Source of the DNA: Octopus sinensis
Taxonomy: Eukaryota
DNA length: 64,000 nucleotides
Reading direction: 5' to 3'
NCBI RefSeq assembly: GCF_006345805.1
Contig: NC_043016.1
Location: forward strand, 5,766,001 to 5,830,000
Shown here: one piece after another, positions 54,332-64,000 of the stretch
Numbering within the stretch: position 1 is the stretch's first letter
Layout: every line of letters begins with the position of its first letter
The notes under the pieces: model-generated
Database searches by the model: none
What the model was told of the DNA's origin: nothing
Seen by the model: the letters and a program-made list of their open reading frames with translations, nothing else
Program-made: the position numbers and the translations under genes

Positions 54332-54738
54332 GTCTGCAGGCCGTCAGCACGCAGGACAAAATGCTAAGCGGCATTTCGTCCGACTTTACGCTCCGAGTTC
54401 GACTTTGCTTTGATCCTTTCGGGGTAGATAAATTAAGTACCAGTTATGCAATCGACTAGCCCCCTCCCCCAAGAAAGGATTATTATTAATAGTATTTCAA
54501 ATTCCGCCCGGGGTCGACTTTTCCTTTGATCCTTTCGAAATCGATGTAACAAGTACTGGTTGAGTACTTAAGTCGATGTAATCGACTATCCACCTCCCTC
54601 AATTTGCCTAGAAAGGATTATTATTATCACTATTACTATTATTATTATTGTTATAAGCATTATTATTATTATTATTAAGTTCTATATTGAAGAGATGAGG
54701 AATTATGTACATTATTTGTCCTCATCTTGTTTGTTGTG

Positions 54739-54786
54739 AACACAATGTTTCGGCTGATATACACTCCAGCCTTCATCAGGTGTCTT
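54739..54786 (-). ncRNA. Minimal type I hammerhead ribozyme in the PLE terminal region
   Basis: GACAC-CUGAUGA-A-GGCUG-gaguguauau-CAGCC-GAAAC-AUU-GUGUU: stem I GACAC/GUGUU, stem II GGCUG/CAGCC; ACAU probably decayed from palindromic ACGU. Confidence 0.75.
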
Positions 54787-54849
54787 GGGGAAATTTCGAA
54801 CCTGGGTTCTCATTCCTGAGGTATTTTTAGATGTTATTATTATTATGAA

Positions 54850-54912
54850 TGGAATCGAACTCGGAAAGTTGGGGTTAGTAGCCCGCGCCCTTAGCCACTA
54901 CGTCATATGTCC
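54850..54912 (-). promoter_or_regulatory. tRNA-like Pol III A/B-box cassette inside the PLE 3' region
   Basis: TGACGTAGTGG (A box), GGG-CTACTAA-CCC anticodon-like arm, GAGTTCGATTCC (B box). Confidence 0.6.
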
Positions 54913-55404
54913 GTGGGCAATTATGAAGTGAATTTTAGGGCTTATAAATCTAATATTTTTCTATCCTTCCTTAATACTGGTTCCCATATGCTAGTCATAT
55001 CTGCTCCCGGTCTGTTTAGGAGGTTGTTGTGTCCTAGCATATGTGCTGCTTCTTTTGGTTTTCGTATTTTCCAGTGGTGTTCTCTGTCTATTATTTTGAC
55101 TTCATTCCACAGGGGGAGGTGGTCTCCATTTTCTCATACATGATCAGCTATACCCGATTTATCAATATCTCCTCGTGTCACAGCTTTGCAATGTTCCTCT
55201 ACCCTTATTTTGAGGGGGTGGCATATTTCACTTTTGTATAACCTACCACTGCTGCATGGGATGGAGAACACGCAGTCTTTGGTCATATTCTCTTCTATTG
55301 GTGTTTTACTCGCAAATATCTCCTCAACTAATCCCCTTATCCCAAATTGCTGCCCTTGTGGAAAAATTTGAAACCCATTATTTTCATTAGGGAGGCAGTC
55401 CCTC

Positions 55405-55583
55405 AGCACGCAGGACAAAATGTTTCGTCCGTCTTTACGCTCTGAGTTTAAATGCCGTAGAGGTCGACTTTGCCTTTCATCTTTTCAGGGTAGATAAATT
55501 AAGTACCAGTTACGCACTGGGGTCGATTTAATCGACAAGCCCTCTTCCCCAAAATTTCACACTTTGTGCCTATAGTAGAAAGG

Positions 55584-55616
<33 letters not shown>

Positions 55617-56109
55617 GAGGCGGCGAGCTGGCAGAATCGTTAGCACGCCGGGTGGAATGCTTAGAGGTATTTCGTTTGCCGCTAGGTTCTGATCTCAAAT
55701 TCCGCCGAGGTCGACTTTAACTTTCATCCTTTCGGGGTCGATAAATTAAATACCAGTGAAACACTGGGATTTGATGAAATCGACTAGTCCCCTCCCCCAC
55801 AGATCTCCTTTAGCAAAGGAATCTGCCTGGGGTTAAACTAGTGGTAACATGCAACTGCCACTTCGATGGGGCAACTCATTTACTGATTATTATTATTATT
55901 ATTATTAAGGCTGAAGGCCCTCAGCGCGCAGGACAAAATATTAAGCGGCATTTCGCCCTTCTTTACGCTCTGAGTTCGAATGCCACCGGAGCTGACTTCG
56001 AATTTTATCACTTCGGAGCCGATCGAATAAGTACCAGTTGAATACTGGGGTCGATGTAATCGGCTTAGTTCCTCTCCCGAAATTGCTGGCCTTGTGCCAA
56101 AATTTGAAA

Positions 56110-56110
<1 letters not shown>
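55405..56110 (+). mobile_element. Cluster of same-orientation SINE family B copies separated by (ATT)n
   Basis: Copies at about 55405-55585, 55618-55800 and 55920-56110; more at about 54340-54620. Confidence 0.8.
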
Positions 56111-56166
<56 letters not shown>

Positions 56167-56593
56167 TGTTGTTGTTGTTGTTGTTTCAAAGAACTGAGGC
56201 AGGAAACCAAAATAATTTTGCACGTCATATACAATAGTTGTAGCGACGACAACGACGATGAAAACGACGATAGTAGTGATGGTGGTGATGATGATGATAA
56301 TGGTGATCGTGGTGTCGATAATGACGACAACGACGAAACGAATGATGACGACTACGACGACGACGATGCCTACAGCCCCGCCATGCGACCACCCAGAAGA
56401 GTTGGCGAGACGAGACGGATAAAATTACCTGTCTGTCAGTTTAACAAACTAGCAGGTACGCTTAAAACAGCCCAATCGCTGCTCTTCACACCGTTAACAT
56501 CTTTCAAGATACTTCCCTCTCGCCAAATATATATTATATTGCTGATATCATCTAACTCGCCTCCCAACCATATATAAATACACGCACACACAC

Positions 56594-56672
<79 letters not shown>

Positions 56673-56856
56673 CACACGTGTGTGGTGTATAAATGATGGC
56701 TGTGTGGTTAAGAAGCTCACATGCGATTTAGGATCAGTCTCACCGAGTGAAGGCTTGGGCAACTTTCTTCTACTATGGTCTCCTACTCACCAATGACTTA
56801 CGAATGAATTTGGTAGAATATAACATACATACGTACAGGCACACACGGACATATCA

Positions 56857-56897
<41 letters not shown>

Positions 56898-59054
56898 GTA
56901 TTTATTATCCTCGTTTGAATAAACAATTGCTTAAATTTTGTTTGCTTATGTTTTAATACCATTACAACATTTTCTCAAAACGAATCGATTCGTGGATGCC
57001 ATCTTTTGTGTAAAACCGAAGGAAGACCTTCTTGTATGAATGGGTAGGAGGCGACGGAAAGACAGATATTATTTAAAATTTGAGCTAAAATAGAAGCTAG
57101 AATGATAACCATCATTATAGTTGTTTAACTGCCAATTTACCACGCTTGTATGAATCGGGTGGAATTGATTGACAGATTTTCTGCGGCCGAGTACCCTTTC
57201 TATCACCAGCCCCCACCCGTTTCCTTACAAAATAATATTTCCCAATGACCAATGATGGTGATGCATGTTTATAACTATCCTGTGATACCAGGACCAAACC
57301 CAGAGTACACGCATACATCAGTATGTCTCGTATATAAATTTACAACGGCCTCCCTTGAGTGCCCGCCCAACAAATCTACTCATAAGGCCCCGGTGGTTGG
57401 ATTATGGCAAAAGACATCTGCTCAAGGTGCAATGCAGTGGAACTGAACCCGAAACCATGTTGCTGGAAAGCAAAGTGGGAATGCCAAAAAATGACAATAT
57501 TATCTGAACTAAGTTGGATGGATCGATAAGATCTTTCAACAGCACCAACTTGATAAGATAGTAAGAAGATTTGTAGTGTCTATGTATTTTCTATATGCAT
57601 TTACAATGTGAACTGAATGAAAATAGAAGTTTACTTACGCTGTACTAATTTCAAATCATTCATGTATATTTCAAAATAATACTACTAAATTTTTTGTCAG
57701 TCATATCCTAACCACCACCCCTAACTCGTGGTCTCTTTGTCTCGTTCATTTTTATTCATCTTGTACTTTGAAGATCCAATCGTGATGCCTCATCACCATA
57801 TATTTTCTATCGCTTTTCAGCTCCACATGATTACTCACTGTTTTCTTTTAAAATGTGAGCAGTCTTATAGCTCCTCTACAACAAGGAAAATATTTTAATG
57901 TGGTCCCCCTCTTTCATACCTTTACTCTTCCTCTTCTAACACAAGAGACCCCTGCACCTTGGATTTACATTTACGCCAGGAAAACTGCATAGTGACCTCA
58001 TAAGTGGTGTTAAGAAGGGCATCAAGCTGTAGGAACCATGCAGAAATAGACAATGGAGCACGATGCAGTCCTTGTGGCCAATGAATTATGTCACACCGTC
58101 CAACTCATGCCAACATGGAACGTGGACGATAAATGATTATATATATATATATATATATATTCTTTTATTCCTTTATTTGTTTGTCATTTGACTGTGGCTA
58201 TGCTGGAGCACCGCCTTTAGTCGAAGAAATAGACCCTGTTCGTTTCTAATCTTCCGTGAAAACGTATTCTTTCACGGTGGAATAATACTTTTGCTTGGAA
58301 ACAGGTGATGGTTGGTGACAGGAAGGATACCTGGTCGTAAAAAATCTCTCGACAAATTCCGTCTGACCGATGCTGCAAGAATGGAATAAGTGGGCGAGCC
58401 TCGTGAACATCGCTGCGGATCTTTCGGCTTCCATCCACTGTCACATCGTAATAGTGTTGGCCGCCTTCCACGCCATGCCACCCTTAACAAGATCATAAAG
58501 CATGGTCTAGACCGAAAGGACAGTATCTCATACGGGATGCCATATGCTGTGACACCTTCTCCAGCGGCAGCTTGATGTTGTCAGCTACAAGCCCAGGCTC
58601 CGCTGCTCGTTAGGCGGGAAAAAAAACAAACTCCTGAGGTATCGGTCGCTCTCCGATAAATCGAGCCTATGGAAGTGGAGACACCCGGCGTTCTTGTCCC
58701 AGATCATATCCCTGCTCACCGCAATTGGGGCGGAGATGTCTGTCAGCAAGTACGAGCCCAGTGAGTCAGAGTGTTTGTTCCAGCATATATCTTCAGCCAT
58801 CCTCCGAGGCAACGTCTTTTCCATTTTGTCAGCTGGTGCCATGAGAACTGTTCATATATTGTGAGAGGCAAGATTCTCCGTTAAGCCATCTATTTTGACT
58901 TAAATCACGTCTCTGCTCAGCTACAGCTGCTATGATGGAGAGATAGGAAATATATATAACAGAAAGATTCTGATGTTAATTTCATAATTCCGTAGTAGGA
59001 GAGAGAGAGAGAGAGGAGGGGGGTATTCGTCCCTGGGACTTTTGGCTTCTAAAA

Positions 59055-59464
59055 GAACTTTTCGGTTTGAACGGCAGTTTTTTCTAGCGGTGTCATATGA
59101 AATTGTCACCCATAATTATGACCCTAGAATCGATCTATTGCATTTCAATCTGTTTTAGGGTTAGGGGTGGGGGGAAGGGTATCTTTTTTTCTTCACAAAT
59201 GTAAATAAACCCAATCTGTTTCTTAAACGAGCGACATATTCATACGGCACAGAATGTTTTCACCTCAATAGACGTCACTGATTGGTTGAAGCTGCAGAAA
59301 TTGAAGAAGTAAAAACAACAAATATCTTACAAACTATAGAATTTTCTCAATAAAGCCAAGAGAAAAAGATGTTTTATAAACACATTCTACCAGTATACGA
59401 AGTTTAAAATTTTTTAATTACCTAGAAATGATATTAAAAACTGCCGTTCAAACCGAAAAGATCC
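59055..59464. mobile_element. MITE with about 25-bp terminal inverted repeats
   Basis: CTTTTCGGTTTGAACGGCAGTTTT ... AAAACTGCCGTTCAAACCGAAAAG; superfamily not assigned. Confidence 0.85.
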
Positions 59465-59892
59465 ACTTTACGTTACAGAATACGTCAATAAAAGACTAAA
59501 ATCTAAAGGCATCACATAAATATTATACAACTATAAACTACTTAAGGGAAACAGAAGCAAATATTAATTGGTACTAATCAATAGCTCTCTATGTTTGTGA
59601 ATGCTGGAATACTAAAAATTGAACGCTTAGCAATTCGCGTCCAAGACATGCTGAGAAATTTAAGTGGAACACTTATAAAATTATTTTTAAGACCTGGGCT
59701 TACGGCAAGCCATTTATTTGCTTCCTCAATTGAAATCTACTTAACTTACTTCTGTTCAGACACTGAAACAATTAAGTTGATGTAGAGTGAAACCCGATGC
59801 TTATGATATCAGTCCCCGTTCACGACATTGACAATAAGTATCTATTTTACTGTGATGGCAATTGTTAAGAGAGATATGGGCGACAATGATGC

Positions 59893-59931
<39 letters not shown>

Positions 59932-59932
<1 letters not shown>

Positions 59933-60204
59933 GTAACTAGAATGTGGAATCTAAAAACAGAAACAATTCCTATCATAGTAGGTGCATTAGGCATGATAAA
60001 AAATATTCAGACAAATACATAACAAAAACACCAGGACTTACAAACACATATAACATACAGAAAATTGCACTACTAGGCACTGCACACATCCTACGCAGAA
60101 CACTTTCCATACAATAACCATCAGAGCATCACAACAAATCACAGCACATACCCAAGGCACACAGAGCTGCGCTCGGTAGTGAAGTGAAAATAAAAATAAA
60201 ACTA

Positions 60205-60207
<3 letters not shown>
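59932..60207 (+). mobile_element. R4/Dong-clade non-LTR retrotransposon 3' fragment inserted in (TAA)n
   Basis: RMWNLKTETIPIIVGALG...IQKIALLGTAHILRRTL* (one frameshift), typical of the RLE C-terminus; (AAT)n on both sides. Confidence 0.82.
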
Positions 60208-60256
<49 letters not shown>

Positions 60257-61247
60257 TCTTTTCATTTAAGCACAAGACTAGCAGTTTTAAGAGACGATTT
60301 AATCGATTCCCGTACTAGATTGGTGTTTTATTATATCAACCCGAAAAGTAAGAGAAAAAAAAAACCGAGGTTGGCCACAACGTGATTTGAACTCAAAACG
60401 TAAAGAGTTGGAAGAAATGCCACTAACCATTTCGTTCGACGCGTTAGCGATTCTGTCAATGCAGCACCTCGGCATGCACTTCTTTCTTAGCATCTAAAGG
60501 GAAGGGAAAGCAATAGAGTTTCTTCGGAGACCTTCAGAATATAATCTTTAGTGCTGAAAAGGATTTTTCGCCATATGGTTTGTATGATGTCGCGTAGCGA
60601 ACTATGCAGCAGTGCGTGCGTGCGTGCGTGCGTGTACGCGCGCTACGGAGGAACTAAAAGGTGTTGGTGTTGGTGGTGGAGTAAAGGTAGGGTGGTAAAT
60701 ATTTATGTATCTTTAAATCTCATGAAGCCAAGCAGTGACGTGCATTTCCAGCCAAGCAAGTAGACTTTTTTTTTCCTTTTAAATGCGGGGCCCAGCAACT
60801 TGAAGCTACTTGTAATAATCGCCACGCCTCCTACCCATGTCTTTTTCTCTGATTCATCTTCCATCCAATCCAACAAAAACCCAAAACAAGTATGGAGGAA
60901 GGGGTGAATGTGAATAAGAAAATATACAAAAATATAAAATCGAAAGAAAAAAAATGGGAAAACACAGGGAACAAGGATTAAAAATGGATAAGATTCGCCA
61001 AGAATGTACTGCAAGCGATCAGAAAATCGGAAAACCCCAATATTCTAGTCACACAAAAGAGTTTAATGTTAATAAAAATAATACTAATAAAGGCGATTTA
61101 TTGACCTCTAAAACGCAACACAATCGCGGATAACATCAAAAGACAAAATACAACTGGTTTGCATGCGTTAAATGAAACCGCCGAGGTTACATAACAACAT
61201 GTATGTACTTGTGCACACACAAGTATGCATGTATGCATGTATGTACG

Positions 61248-61284
<37 letters not shown>

Positions 61285-61316
61285 TGTGTGTGTGTGTGTG
61301 TGTGGTGTGTGTGTGT

Positions 61317-61372
<56 letters not shown>

Positions 61373-61493
61373 AAGAAGTGGAGGCAGAAATTTTTACCGT
61401 TTAAAAAGATTAACAGATAATTATTTAAGTATTAACTCTTTAGAAGAACATTCTTAGCAACCATTAACAACAACTGTCAAAAAACATTTTCCA

Positions 61494-61574
<81 letters not shown>

Positions 61575-62042
61575 CATACATACATACATACATACATACA
61601 TACATACATACATACATACATACATACACACACACACATACATATATCTGCTTGCACGCCTTTTTTACGTAGTCTTCCCCACTCTCTATTACCCTCTCTG
61701 TCTCATATACATATATATATATTACACAAACACACATACACAAGCGTGAGCACACACACACACACTCTTTCACACCACACAAACGCTAGGTGTCAATTAA
61801 AGATATATATCTTCAACCACCCCCCAAGATAAAAGAAAAAGAAGCATCTCATTGACGTTGGTTAACGTTGAAAAAAAGAAATTTGATTCGTTCTCTGGGC
61901 TATTTTCACTGCGAGAATACTTCTTAAAAGCACATCTACGTCGCCCTCTTGTAACATAAAACCAATCTTTTAAGTGGAGCAAGTTAAATGAATGCGAGAG
62001 AATGATTCCCCTCTCCCAATATATATGTCTTGCAAACAAGAC

Positions 62043-62077
<35 letters not shown>

Positions 62078-64000
62078 GGAGATCAAATTTAACGTGACCA
62101 CTCATCATTCATCGTTGAAGTGTGAATGAAGGGTTTCCGGTAAATAAACATATTGGCATGCTTTTCGATTTCCCTTATTTAAAGCCACAGCTTATACACC
62201 GGAAATTGTGAAGGTACGTTGATGTAGAGGGTTCGATTCCCTGGACCGGCTGAATGGATTGTGTCGTAGAGCAAGGCACTTCGTTTTTATATCGCTCGAG
62301 TTAACTCAACTGTGAAAGAGTAACCAGCCAAGTGTTGGTGCAGCCCTCTCTCATTCACCCCCACCTCTTTTAGCTGTCACATCGACGATGTTCCGCTGAA
62401 TCAAAAATGCTGGGGTCAAGAGGGTGTATACTTCTGACTATGTAGGATCCTAAAACAACCAGAAAAAGCGCAGTACAAGCTCCCAAACCACACACGTTCG
62501 CGGGTGACGTCTGTCTGTCAGTCTCTCCCCAATTCACAAATTCACGATGGTTCATTGGGTCCAGAGTACGAGGGCCAAGAGGAATACATATTTCTGGTTG
62601 TGTCAATAAAGAGGCACCGAAAACAACCTTTCACACCCTAGTCCACCACTTACTCAGAATGTTAAAAGCCGAAAAAAATGCCGCTAAGCATTTTGTCCGA
62701 TACTAGCTTGCTGCCTAAATAATAATTCTCTCTACTGAGGGTTTAAGGTCTGAAATTCTAGAGGCTGGGTTAGCCGATTACATCGACTCCAGTGTTGTTG
62801 GGATCGACTTGCTAACAATTCGCCCAGCTCGATGCCTTACCCTAGTAGCGGACAACAGTGAAAGGAGCACAAAAACTGAAGACTGTATGTGGTAAATCTC
62901 ATTCTTCCTTTCGTAAATGCCAACGATACATTATAAATGCTACATCGTTGGCCATTTTAGTACATAAAACGAAAGATGGCGTATAAGAATTTCCTAGATG
63001 CTATCTAAACCTTCCCTAAATACTCTAACGATATACATGCAATCCAATAGCTATAACCGAAACTGTAACGTTAGCTTATGAAACCTGTTGCTTACATAAC
63101 CCCAAAAAAAGGAGCCCTTAAGGCAGCTGTTTCCAACAAGGAATTTCTGCATTTGCTGGAAGTGAGACATGATTTGTCAGGTGTTACGAAAAAGAAAGAA
63201 GTAACCATCATCATCTATTTTTAACGTTCACTTTTCCATGGGTTGGATGTAGTTTATTGAAGCATACTTTCTGCGGCCGGGTGTCCTTCCTGTCGCCAGC
63301 CTTCACATATTTCCAAGTAAAGTGATATTTTCCAATAACAAGACATACTAGAATCCTCATCTTCATCACCATCATCCTAATACCCACTCAAGTTGAGTTT
63401 ATTGAAGGCTTTTCTACAGCTAAAGGCCTTTCCTGTCGCAACCTTCAAACTGTTTCCAAGCAAGGTAATAATTCCCCATGGTCAGGCATGTTCTGGCGGA
63501 ATACTGGGAATCAGTGACACAGTTTGTAAGACAGTGACACACATCTACACCTATCACACGATTTCAAGACAAGGAATCACAAACGCACGTTCAAACACAC
63601 AAATAAATACAAATATACATATATTCGCCATGTTGACCACTGAACTCAACACGTTTTTATTTATTCTCTCTATTTTCTCGTTCCTTTTGGTCGAAGAACA
63701 TAGGCTCGAAACGTAAAAGACTTTTCCATTTTTCCCGAGCGTCGAACTTGCTTGTTGTTCCTACGCTTGTCTTCGTCTTTGTTTTTCTATAAATTTAACT
63801 AAACACACACACACACACACACACACACTGGAGTTGCTTTCAGTTTCTCAATCGAATCCACTCAAAAGGCATTGATCGATCCGAAGCTATAGTAAGAGAC
63901 ACTTGCTCAAGGTACCATGTGGGACTGAACGGAAAATTGTGTGGTGGGAAGCAGACTTCTTAATCACACGGGAACACCTGTGCCAATTATTTTTCTTTTA

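Larger units (their letters stand above)
54680..55370 (-). mobile_element. Penelope-like element 3' fragment (GIY-YIG endonuclease, tRNA-like segment, hammerhead)
   Basis: CVFSIPCSSGRLYKSE..PLKIRVEEH...KSGIADHV..W...KIIDRE..WKIRK.KEA, a degenerate PLE GIY-YIG domain. Confidence 0.82.

Noticed and set aside
56038-56577. 179-aa acidic ORF
   Set aside because: Made of a SINE tail plus (TAT)n, (TGT)n and (GAY)n repeats
26199-64000. Nested mab-21 coding sequence within this window
   Set aside because: No ORF or fragment resembling MAB21 was found in the ORF track or by eye

Overview
Eukaryotic (animal) genomic DNA, AT-rich and saturated with microsatellites, SINEs, LINE fragments and MITEs. The repeat complement suggests a coleoid cephalopod such as Octopus (inference). 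The only host gene supported is a neurobeachin/LRBA-family BEACH-domain gene on the minus strand: seven internal coding exons (26198 down to 3395) with canonical GT-AG sites and consistent phases, encoding the end of the PH-like domain and most of the BEACH domain. Above 26198 lies a large intron, interrupted by a 100-N gap at 52145-52244, after which CpG content visibly rises. The introns contain RTE, R4/Dong and Penelope-like retroelement fragments, at least four tRNA-derived SINE families, piggyBac- and hAT-type MITEs, Helitrons, a 14-bp minisatellite and several foldback palindromes. Main leads: (1) several short-element families carrying minimal type I hammerhead ribozyme motifs, one within a Penelope-like 3' end that also carries a tRNA-like Pol III cassette; (2) a frame-preserving 24-nt candidate microexon containing a U1-5'-end mimic that could mask its own donor; (3) long intronic hairpins as candidate ADAR substrates. 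Repeat boundaries were read by eye and are approximate.
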